Positions 52,926 through 64,000 of a stretch of 64,000 nt of DNA are shown piece by piece. Numbering within the stretch: position 1 is the stretch's first letter; each line of letters opens with the position of its first letter. The notes below the pieces were generated by a model. It made no database searches. It saw only the letters and a list, made by a program, of their open reading frames with translations, and was not told the origin of the DNA. The translations under genes and the position numbers were made by a program. Origin of the DNA: Octopus vulgaris (taxonomy: Eukaryota); NCBI GenBank assembly GCA_951406725.2, contig OX597839.1:22568001-22632000 (forward strand), read 5' to 3'.

Positions 52926-53844
52926 CACGACACTGGCGGTGTGTATGTACGTGTGAACTAAGTCGACAATCTTACAACTGCTTACATAGACAGAACGGTA
53001 GGCCTATACACACACACACGTGTTTCTCGTGTGTGACATTAACTTTGACATTCTTCCTAATATACACGGGAAATCTCGGCTTTTCATTAAAAAAAACTTG
53101 CTATATATAAACTTCATTAACTTCATTAGCATCTTCTTAATTAATTTCCGTTATTTCATAAATAAACACAACACAATGTAACGAGCGTGTCGGCTTCATA
53201 AAATATACACTACTGTATGTGTGTGTATATAACACACACACAATGCGTTATACGCATTGCTGTGTGTGTATAACAGATACTACATCAGTAAGTACATGAC
53301 ATATATACATGTCAGCTTCATATACGTATAACGGGTGCGTATATACAGTATACAAAACTGCCTATTTCATATACATATACATCAGTGTCTGCTTCATATA
53401 TACATATATATATACCTCATATACACACACAAGTTATAGTGTGTTAACATGTATACGCACGTTGTAAGACTGTTATCAGATTGTAACAATATGATTGTCT
53501 CTAGATTGTATTAGCAGATGTATATACATACATGCGTATATATCCTATAGATGTATAAGTCACGTAAACCCAAATCTTGAACACAACCAGTTTCTTAGTC
53601 ACGAAACACCATATAACCATAGACACAATTCTTACGTAATGTTTCCAAAGACACACACAAGTAGAAAGGTGTACCGTGTGTGTGTGTGTGTGTGTGTACT
53701 TCAAGGGTCATTAGTAAGGTACGTGATAGTGAAACTGTCACATCCGAGAATCGAAACCGGATTCACGGATTCGAAACCCTGTGCTACATTACAAAATAAA
53801 ATGCAATAAAACGAAATGAGAAGAACCCCAAAAAATCGGTTTAC

Positions 53845-53879
53845 CTCTGTTTTGTGGCCAGCTGTTCGATATTTGGCAT
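53845..53879 (-). CDS. Candidate first coding exon of an unidentified gene (MPNIEQLATKQ + AG, phase-2 donor)
   Basis: Minus strand: tgtcAAC-ATG start context, 11 open codons, then CAGAG|GTAAAC donor; lies at the 3' end of a CpG-rich, repeat-free ~1.2 kb leader. Peptide too short to recognise. Confidence 0.5.
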
Positions 53880-55130
53880 GTTGACAGAGACTGTCTGTCT
53901 GTCTCCGATGTGGGCCAGCCAGCACCGCCGCCACCAGCGATGCTCCACCGACTCCGCTGTTGTAGGTAAAAAAAAAAAAAATCTGGGAGGACGTGACAAT
54001 CACTCTAGGTAAAACACATGTCACAAGAAAGTAAAAAAAAAATGCCCAAAATGCTTTCGAAACAGGCTCTTTTCCCCCTCTACCCAACAAACAAGCAGCC
54101 CTTGTTTGGTTTGGGTAGAGGCTTCATCAGGTCAACGAATATTAGAACCATTTGTAATAAAATCCATTCTGGCCGATTTGAGGAATTAGGCCCCGGGATA
54201 TTTGGGATAAAGAAGGCGACTGCTTCGGCTGCTAGGCTTCGTCTTTTACTCTTTGACCATGTTCCTCCCCCTCGGCTGGCCTAGCCTCTCGCTGCTATTG
54301 TTAATCCGTTAATTGTTACTACGATGTCCGGTAGCGGTGCGGGGTAGCTCTGGTCTACCCCAATGTCCATCCTATACAAATGGACATAGATAGCAATTCC
54401 TTTCAGTCTCCTTGAATCCGCCGTCAAGATAATATTCCAAGGGTTGGTTGGTCGATTGTAATTTTAAAAAAACCCCTTTTTTTCTCTTTTACTTCCGACG
54501 TATTTTACTTCCTTCGTTAATTCCAAATTCGAAAAATAAATCTTCCTTTTTTTTTTTTGTTTTTTGGTTACAAATTACCAAAAAAAAAGGAACAAAGTTA
54601 ATTAACAATTAAAGATAATTTCTTTCAGTTTTTTTTTTTTAATGTGAGTGTGTGTTTGTTTGTTTATATTTAACCGTTCAGTTTCCCATCGCTTTAGTAG
54701 TAAGTCAGTTGTGTTTTGCGTTAGTGGTGCTGCTGGCTTTTTACACGGCTTTTGGGGGTTTGAAAGGATGAGAAGAAGAAGAAGTAGGAAGAGAGAAGGA
54801 CGGGTTCAGCCAGTTTAATATTCCAATGTGAAACGAGAAACAGCAGCAGGAGCAGCAGCAGTCGGTGCCGCCGTCGCCATCAGCATCTCATGAGGGGCTC
54901 CTTAACGAGAGGAGGGTGGCGGGGTAGCAGCAGGCAGGTTTGGTCAGAGGAGGCGGAGATGGAGAAGAGGGGAAAATGTAGTGAAACTGCGCGCGTGAGA
55001 GAGAGAGAGAGAGATATAGAGGAGATAAGAGAAGTGGCGAGGATGTAATAAGTGTGTGAGTGTGATTTCACTTGGCGTGGATTTTGAATATAACAATGGC
55101 AAAATAAGATGAGCGTTTGTGTGATGAAGG
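53880..55130 (-). promoter_or_regulatory. CpG-enriched promoter / long 5'UTR of the minus-strand gene
   Basis: Visibly higher CpG/GC than the rest of the window, free of SINEs, with (CAG)n/(GCC)-rich stretches and several short uORFs upstream of the candidate ATG. TSS not determinable. Confidence 0.5.
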
Positions 55131-55144
55131 AGAAAGAACAATAG

Positions 55145-56154
55145 AGGGAGAGAGAGAGAGGGAGAGAGAGACGGCGTGACAGAGAGATAGTTAAGAGGGA
55201 GGGAGAGAGAGAGACGGCGTGACAGAGAGATAGATAAGAGGGAGAGAGAGAGAGAGAGAGACGACGTGACAGAGAGATAGATAAGAGGGAGAGAGAGAGA
55301 GAGAGAGACGGCGTGACAGAGAGATAGATAAGAGGGAGAGAGAGAGAGAGACGGCGTGACAGAGAGATAGATAAGAGGGAGAGAGAGAGAGAGAGACGGC
55401 GTGACAGAGAGATAGATAAGAGGGAGAGAGAGAGAGACGGCGTGACAGAGAGATAGATAAGAGGGAGAGAGAGAGAGACGGCGTGACAGAGAGATAGATA
55501 AGAGGGAGAGAGAGAGAGAGACGGCGTGACAGAGAGATAGATAAGAGGAAGAGAGAGAGAGAGACGGCGTGACAGAGAGATAGATAAGAGGGAGAGAGAG
55601 AGAGACGGCGTGACAGAGAGATAGATAAGAGGGAGAGAGAGAGAGAGACGGCGTGACAGAGAGATAGATAAGAGGGAGAGAGAGAGAGAGAGACAGCGTG
55701 ACAGAGAGATAGATAAGAGGGAGAGAGAGAGAGAGAGACGGCGTGACAGAGAGATAGATAAGAGGAAGAGAGAGAGAGAGAGAGAGACGGCGTGACAGAG
55801 AGATAGATAAGAGGGAGAGAGAGAGAGACGGCGTGACAGAGAGATAGATAAGAGGGAGAGAGAGAGAGACGGCGTGACAGAGAGATAGATAAGAGGGAGA
55901 GAGAGAGAGAGAGAGAGGGAGGGAGAGACGGCGTGACAGAGAGATAGATAAGAGGGAGAGAGAGAGAGAGACGGCGTGACAGAGAGATAAATAAGAGGGA
56001 GAGAGAGAGAGAGACAGCGTGACAGAGAGATAGATAAGAGGGAGAGAGAGAGAGACAGCGTGACAGAGAGATAGATAAGAGGGAGAGAGAGAGAGACGGC
56101 GTGACAGAGAGATAAATAAGAGGGAGAGAGAGAGAGAGAGGGGGGAGACAGCGT

Positions 56155-56191
<37 letters not shown>

Positions 56192-56230
56192 GGCGTGACA
56201 GAGAGATAGATAAGAGGGAGAGAGAGAGAA
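55145..56230. repeat. ~41-47-bp minisatellite GACGGCGTGACAGAGAGATAGATAAGAGG(GA)n, about 24 copies
   Basis: Direct reading. Confidence 0.95.
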
Positions 56231-56479
56231 ATGATCTGATGGAGGTGGAATGGAAAGAAGAAATTGTCCCAGGACCAGGAGAGTTACAACAACTTTATTG
56301 TTTGGGTAAGATTCAGCTGTCACCATCCCACCCGGTTCTGGGTGGAAAGGCAGAAAAGTCTGCAGAAACGGCAGCTATGGCTCTTGTTATCCTTCTCAGA
56401 CCTTACCCGCCCCCTCTTCTTCTTTCCCCTTCCCCCCATCCTCCTCACTATTCTCTCTGCCTATCTGTCTCCGTCTCTA

Positions 56480-56571
56480 TCTAAAACTCTCTCTCTCTCT
56501 ATCCATAACTCTCTCTCTCTTCATCTCTCTCTCTCTCTATCCATAACTCTCTCTCTCTCTATCCATAACTC

Positions 56572-56604
<33 letters not shown>

Positions 56605-56611
56605 TATCCAT

Positions 56612-56646
<35 letters not shown>

Positions 56647-56703
56647 ACTCTCTCTCTCTCTCTATCTATAACTCTCTCTCTTCATCTCTCTCTCTCTCTC
56701 TCT

Positions 56704-56789
<86 letters not shown>

Positions 56790-56825
56790 ATAACTCTCTC
56801 TCTCTCTCTCTCTTCATCTCTCTCA
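56480..56825. repeat. (CT)n-ATCCATAA minisatellite
   Basis: Direct reading. Confidence 0.9.
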
Positions 56826-58419
56826 TCTAAACCAGACAAGGAGGCGGGGATGGATGGAAGCCTGTGTCCAAATGCTTTCCTCCTTTCCTTACAGTAATGC
56901 TAACCAGACGATCGCTCATACCAAACAGGTTGTTGTCGAACTTAGAGAAGAGAAGAGAAGAGACACAACACACGACACACAAAGTCATTTGAATGAATGA
57001 TAACATTTAATGATGTTAGAAGAAGAGAGAGGCAGAGTGGGGCGGGGGGGAATCACAGTCTGGAGTTTAGTAGTGGCGGTGGGGGGGGGGGAGAATCTAT
57101 CCGTGCAACGTTTATCATAGTTTTCCCTACTTTCACAGGGTGATGAAGATGGTGGAAATAATAGAGGGACCTGGCCTATAAAATAACTGTTTTGTAGGAT
57201 TTATTTTTGACTCCTCTCTGTTACAGGTTCAAATTCCACAAAGGGGTCGCTTATATCCGTTTAACCATCTGTTAGTCATCACTTTAAAACAAAATCAGTC
57301 TTCTTCTTCTTCTTCTTGTTCTTCTTCCAATTTCACACTAAGTTGATGCAAACAGTTTTAGAATTTACAAATTTAATGAAGTAAGTACAAGAGGATATTT
57401 CATGGTTTTAAATGTTTAGCCTTAAAAAGAATGACTTTTAAACCACACCCCCCCACAAAATAACGACCCCCCAAAACAATTCCATCCCCTAAAACCCAAA
57501 CTGATATACCCCTTATTAACTAATTAGAGTTACACCCCCCCCCCGAGTAAAACAGATGTAGCTGTATCAAATTTCTATGAAATCCTTTAAATGATCAAAC
57601 ATAACCCCCACCCGGTACCCAGAGTCGATATTGGAGGAGCAGTGGGGTGGGTCAGCCAGTACATCAGCTTGGAAAGACAAACAGGGGTTGGGGGTGAACA
57701 ACGAATCCCTCCTTACCCTCATAGGTCCCTTGAATGTTTTGAATGACATCCCCCTGCTGGAACCTGAAAGCAGCCTGACCCCGGGTATATATTTTGCTTT
57801 GCGAAATTTCTCTTGGAGGTCCTGCCATACTGACCTTTTCACACCTGTTTTACTCAACTCTCCTATCTTCACACCTGTTCATGGGTCGATTCTTATGAGT
57901 CACTAATTGACCCCAATATCAATCATAATCAAATGAAGATGAATCCGGAAGAGTGTTTAATCCAAGAGCTAATTAAACCTTACATTATTACAAAATTACA
58001 GTCAACTTCCCATTTAATTCTGGTCTGTCCAGGTGCAAAACCAAAATATATTGCTAATGATGTTCTTTGTCAGACATTGTCAAGGCAGCTTGAACCCAAC
58101 CATGACCAGCAATTAAAAATATAACATCTGCATACTTTTTGATCCTTTAGACATGTCCTGTACTTCCTGTGTTGGTGAAAAGCCCTCTCCCTACACACCC
58201 CTGCAGTGATTGGGGAGTGAGACAACTGAGGGATGTCTTTTAGGTCACTGGGCAAATCAGTGTACTGGACCCTTTAGTATTTGTTTCTTGACAGCAAACC
58301 ACAGCATACATAGGATCAGAATTGGACCCTTTGACCTGTGAAGTTTCCGGATAAATCACTGCACAGGGCCCTGTAGTATTTATTGACAGCAACCCATAGC
58401 ATGAATTGACCAGAACTGG

Positions 58420-58560
58420 GACCCAAGACCTGTAAGGCCCGTGGTCAACTGCCTGGTGTTCCCTGGACCCTAGACCTGTAAGGCCCCTGGTCAACTGCCT
58501 GGTGTTCCCTGGACCCTAGGCCTGTAAGGCCCCTGGTCAATTGCCTAGTGTTCCCTTGCC
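58420..58560. repeat. ~46-bp tandem repeat, 3 copies
   Basis: gacctgtaaggccc.tggtcaactgcctggtgttccctggacccta. Confidence 0.9.
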
Positions 58561-58564
58561 ATAA

Positions 58565-58800
58565 GACAATGGTTTAGTGGTTAGAATGTTGGACTTGTGA
58601 TTGTAAGATTGTGGTTTCAATTCCTGGACTGGGTGATGCAACATTGTACTCTTGAGCAAAGCACTTCATTTCACGTTGCTCCAGTCCACTCAGCTGGTAA
58701 GAAAATGAGTTATCCTACAAGGGACTGGTGTCTCATCCAGGTGGGGAATTTCTAAGCCATGGAAACCAGGAAACCAGCGCTTATGACTCAAGCAGGTAAC
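58565..58800 (+). mobile_element. tRNA-derived SINE related to 42553-43086
   Basis: tggtttagtggttag head, cttgagcaaagcact, ggactggtgtctcatccagg. Confidence 0.7.
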
Positions 58801-59171
58801 CTTTACCTTATTTTACCATGCCTAAAGATGGCCCTGAGACAACCCCCAGTGCTGGCATCATGAACAATGTACCCAGTACACGTATTAAAGTGGTTGCAAA
58901 TGAACAGAGAAGACGTAAATTTGTGAGATCCCTTTCTGTTCTGTCTTGCCGAGGGTTTATCAACCTCGGTGCCGCAGTCATACACACCCAGTACATTCTA
59001 TAAAGTGGTTGGTGGTAAGAAGGGAATCCAGCCATTGAGACAAACCCAAACTGACACATACAAGTACCAGTCTAAAGGCTCTCGAGAAAGAAATGATTTG
59101 GACTGTAATAATCAGGCCAGACTATGGAAAGTGGTCATATAACTATAATAATAATAATAATAATAATAATA

Positions 59172-59493
59172 ATGGAGAAACTCTCAAAATACAAAGACCT
59201 GGAAATAGAGGTAACCAGAATGTGGAATCTGAAAACAGAAACAATTCCTATCATAGTAGGTGCATTAGGCATGATAAAAAAATATTCAGACAAATACATA
59301 ACAAAAACACCAGGACTTACAAACACATATAACATACAGAAAATTGCACTACTTGGCACTGCACACATCCTACGCAGAACACTTTCCATACAATAACCAT
59401 CAGAGCATCACAACAAATCACAGCACATACCCAAGGCACACAGAGCTGCGCTCGGTAGTGAAGTGAAAGCACGCTATAAAAATAAAACTACTG
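59172..59493 (+). mobile_element. 5'-truncated R4/Dong-type non-LTR retrotransposon (C-terminus of restriction-like endonuclease + 3'UTR)
   Basis: Encodes EKLSKYKDLEIEVTRMWNLKTETIPIIVGALG...QKIALLGTAHILRRTL*, with the KxxKY and PIIVGALG motifs of RLE-clade ORF ends; (TAA)n on both sides, the known Dong target. Confidence 0.85.
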
Positions 59494-59507
59494 AATAATA
59501 ATAATAA

Positions 59508-59678
59508 TAATCTTTTCTACTATAAACGCAAGAGCTGAAAATTTTGTGGGGAGGGGGATAGTCCATTACATCGACCCCAGTAATGATAAAAAGCAAAGTT
59601 TACCTTGGGGAAAATGCAAGAAATGTTGTTAAGCATTATCACGTTGCGTGCGTTAATGATTCTGTCAGCTTGCCTCCT

Positions 59679-59743
<65 letters not shown>

Positions 59744-59925
59744 CCTGTCTATTCTAGGCACAAAGCCTGAAAGTTCGGGGAAGAGGGATAGTCGATTGCA
59801 TTGACCCCCAATGTGCAGGTGGTATTTATTTTATCAACCCCAAAAGGATGAAAGGCAAAATTGACTTTGGCAGCATTTAAACTCAGAACACAAAGCCAGG
59901 TGAAATGCTGCTCAGGCATTCTGCC
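59508..59925 (-). mobile_element. Two tandem diverged SINE family B copies joined by (TAA)n
   Basis: Same arrangement as 25105-25578. Confidence 0.7.
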
Positions 59926-60336
59926 TACTCAGAAAAATATTCTCTCTCACCCCAAAACAGGGTTCTTCCCAAACCATTAGAACCCTCGCCCTTCCTCATG
60001 ACAATATTATTTATTCAACTTAATAAACCTGTCATGCTATCATCCTCCAAGTCCATCTTCCAAATTCTAACTTCATTCATGATTTTTAATTATGCCTCAC
60101 AGAGATTTTTTTTTTATTCTCCAACTCTGAAAAGTTATTCAAAGTTACTATATCACCCGTAAAAAGGGGCGTGGATGGAGGGAAGCGAGTATTTCCGGGT
60201 TAATTAGTAGGGTCCACACCCAGGCACAGTTACCTCGTAGATTTATCATAACTCAGAGGTATGCTGTGGTGGGTATGAGCATACGTAATTAGAGTCAAGA
60301 CAGGATTAAAACATATTTTGATAACGGAACTGTTAA

Positions 60337-60383
<47 letters not shown>

Positions 60384-60483
60384 TATGTATATATGATTAT
60401 ATACATGTACACACACACACACACACACACACACACTTATTTGTGTGTATATATATATATGTATATATATTTATATTTATGGA

Positions 60484-60524
<41 letters not shown>

Positions 60525-60601
60525 TTGTATGTGTATATATGTATATATATTTGTGTGTGTGTATATATATATATATTTTATATATATATATATAAACATA
60601 C

Positions 60602-60641
<40 letters not shown>

Positions 60642-60818
60642 GTGTCTATATCACATTCTTTTGCTATTCTACATCATTTCCTGCCTGCCTCCTTGATTCC
60701 GGCTCATTTGTTCCTAAGAAAATAATCAGAAACTCGTCTTCAGTACAACAGCAACAACAACATGTTGAGCTATTCATGAAAATGTTCCTTCCTATAGTTT
60801 TTCACTTACGCACACATA

Positions 60819-60871
<53 letters not shown>

Positions 60872-61445
60872 GTATATGTATATATATATATGTATATATA
60901 TATGTATATATATATGTATATATATATGTATATGTATATATATATGTATATATATATATGTATATATATATGTATATATATATGTATATATATATGTATA
61001 TATATGTGTATATATATGTGTATATATATATGTATATATATGTGTATATATATGTGTATATATATATATGTATATATACATATACACACACACACAAGTG
61101 GGAGAAAGAAAATATGTGGAGGGACACAGAGACACATGACACACACACACACACATATATACATATTCACAAACACACACAGGCAGATATATATATGCAT
61201 TCACACACACACACACGAGTGGGAGAGAGAAAATGTGTGCAGGGACATAGAGACACGGACACACACACTCACATACACACACCACACACACACATACTCA
61301 CACACACACACACACACACACATACCACACACACACACACACACTCACACTCACTCACACACACACACTCATACACACACTCACACACACACTCACACAC
61401 ACTCACACACACACGCACACACACATACTCACACACTCACACACA

Positions 61446-61532
<87 letters not shown>

Positions 61533-61875
61533 ACACACACACACTCACACACACTCACACACACACACACCACCCACTTCGCAATGCCATGCTGCCAAAA
61601 TTTTCTGGAGACTAATCATTATTGGAAATAACGAGGACCCATTTTGTGAAGCGAAATCCTCGTTAGAATTCCTGGCTGTATTTATTGTTATATACAAATG
61701 TAGTAATATTTAAAAGATCGGCCCGGGGGGTGGGTGGGATGGGGGGAGGTTGAGGCGGTGGAGCCCCTCATCCAGAGTTGTGTGGATCCTTAAAGATTTC
61801 TTGCGGGGTGTCGCACCTTAATGACTAATTAACAAAAGGAAGTGGTAGGAGGCAGAGTAGAGAGAGAGGGAGGGG

Positions 61876-61925
<50 letters not shown>

Positions 61926-62000
61926 AATGTTTGAGTGTTTTAGGATCAGTGTTCACCAAGCCCACCTGCCGCACCTCACAGATCTACCTGTGCCTGCCTC

Positions 62001-62049
<49 letters not shown>

Positions 62050-62165
62050 GTGTGTGCGTGTGTGCCATTGTAGTTGACTCATGAGTTGCTAGGCCTTTCC
62101 CAACTCATCTGTTGGAAATACTGTCGGAGGTGTGGGTGTCTTCTACATACACACACATACACACA

Positions 62166-62211
<46 letters not shown>

Positions 62212-62851
62212 TTCCCCTTCCCCCCTCTACCTACACATACATGTGGCAGACTTCTAATAATAAACACTAAGGGTGTGTTTGAACATTATGAAGGAAAGCT
62301 AACTAGTAGTGGTGGTGGTGGTGGTGGTAGTAGTAGTGGTGATAGTGTTGGTGGTGGTGGTGATGGTGGTGGCGGTGGTTGTGGTGGTAGTGATGTAAAG
62401 CAAGGGGTTATTGATGATAGTGTTGGTGGTGGTGGTGGTGGTGGATGCAGTGGTGGTAAGCAAGGGGTTATTGGTGATAGTGGTGGTGGGGGTGGTATGA
62501 TGGTTGATGAAATGAAGGGATCACAGAAAGACAGAGAGAGAGAGAAGGAGAGAGAGGGGGCGGTTAGTTCAATGTCAGTTAGTGTTATAGGAAAATATCC
62601 CTATAATGGTAAATGACTCACCGTTGGCACCCCCCACCCCGCTCCAGTTTTACCTTTATTCTCTATTATAGTCTTACTCCCCTAACCTGTATATTGCACC
62701 CCCTTCCCCCCCAAAAAAAACCCCACTTTTTAGGGTTAATATTCAACAATATTTGTGCAAACTGTAAATTTATTCAGGGTTATTTTCAGAGGAATTTTTT
62801 CTTAGTTTACTTCTGTGTGTGTGTCTGCATCTGTGTGCGTGTGTGTGTGTG

Positions 62852-62937
<86 letters not shown>

Positions 62938-64000
62938 CATATATATAAATATATAAGCATGTGTGTGTATGAGTGTATGAGCATGTGAATGTGTGTAAGG
63001 ATGCATTGGTGTGTGTGTGTGTGTGTATGACCCTGTGTGAGAGTATGCATATGTGGATGAGCAAATGTGTGTGTGAGCACGAGTGTGTGTGTGTGTGTGA
63101 ATGTAAAAAGCAAAATCCGTAAAGGGTGTGGTTGGCTGGTTTAATCAACAAAGATAAACTCCCATCCAACATGAAGCAACAATGTTTTTTCACCTTTCTC
63201 CTGATTACAGGGGGGCGACGGGTGGTGGTGGTGGTGCTACTATTGTAGTCGGTGTTGTTGATGTTGTTGTTGTTACCTCCAAGTGGAACAACACTCAGCC
63301 AAATGATAATAATAATAATAATAATAATAATTAATAAAACTCTCTGAGAACCGTATCATCTTGGTAGTCACCTTCCTTGTAAACTGATGCCGACTTTGAG
63401 TTTCTGCTATGAAGAGGAGGATGAGGAGGCACTGGTTTAATGGTAGATCAGCTTCATATCTTGTTTACAGGTGATACCACACACATAATATGATGCCGCA
63501 CACATGTAATGCAGCACACACACACACATGTAATGTGACACACACACACACACACACGTATTAATTAAAACTGTAATAGGCCACCCTGAAAATATATTTT
63601 CTCGTGACAAAAAGTCATCCTTAAACGGGTGGAAAGACTGGTATTCACCTTGCAACAGGTCATATCCGGCCAAAATATTCTTCCTGCTTCATGTCCAAAC
63701 TGACCTAATCCAAACAGCCTCTTACACCTACCCTACAATGTCTTTCTAAGAATAAAGCAATCCAATCATTGAAATCTCAAAGCTAGGAGATAATGTCTGA
63801 TTAGTTCAAAACAATGGGAATAGATAAGCTTTATATTTGGGTGAGTAATATGAAGAATGCTAAAGGGTCAAAATAAGGACCACATGAACCAGTGAGGGAG
63901 CTTTCTCTGTAGTCACGTGACCTTACACAATGCAACAGCCAAGTCTCTCCCTCAACAAACTCCCTACTCTCTGACCCTTTAGCATGTAAACCAGCCATAT

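Noticed and set aside
54062-54150. CUGAUGA-long stem-GAAA on the minus strand resembling a hammerhead
   Set aside because: Extra nucleotides flank stem II and no convincing stem I forms; kept only as a hairpin.
55145-56230. CRISPR-like repeat-spacer appearance
   Set aside because: The 'spacers' are only (GA)n length variants; eukaryotic context and no cas genes.
54944-56326. 460-aa Leu/Ser-rich ORF
   Set aside because: Translation of the GA-rich minisatellite.
62074-62616. Gly-rich 180-aa ORF
   Set aside because: Built from (CA)n, (GGT)n and (GA)n tracts.

Overview
AT-rich eukaryotic genomic DNA dominated by microsatellites and retroposons. The tRNA-headed SINE families look like those of octopus (coleoid cephalopod); this is inferred from repeat content and not verified. 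Nearly all ORFs in the supplied track are artefacts of (CA)n/(TA)n/(GA)n/(ATG)n repeats or SINEs. The window reads as the 5' end and very long intron(s) of an unidentified minus-strand gene: a CpG-enriched promoter/5'UTR at ~51.5-55.1 kb, a short first coding exon (MPNIEQLATKQ-, 53845-53879) and several weaker candidate alternative exons downstream. Repeats include ~25 copies of a young tRNA-SINE (family A), ~12 of a second SINE (family B), an RTE-type (GAT)n-tailed retroposon, Tc1/mariner, hAT and piggyBac-type MITEs, a 5'-truncated R4/Dong-type LINE in a (TAA)n tract, and several nested insertions. The most notable signal is a set of short non-coding elements carrying Penelope-type minimal hammerhead-ribozyme cores. 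Some sit inside inverted repeats at TA tracts, and one is fused behind a tRNA-derived Pol III head.
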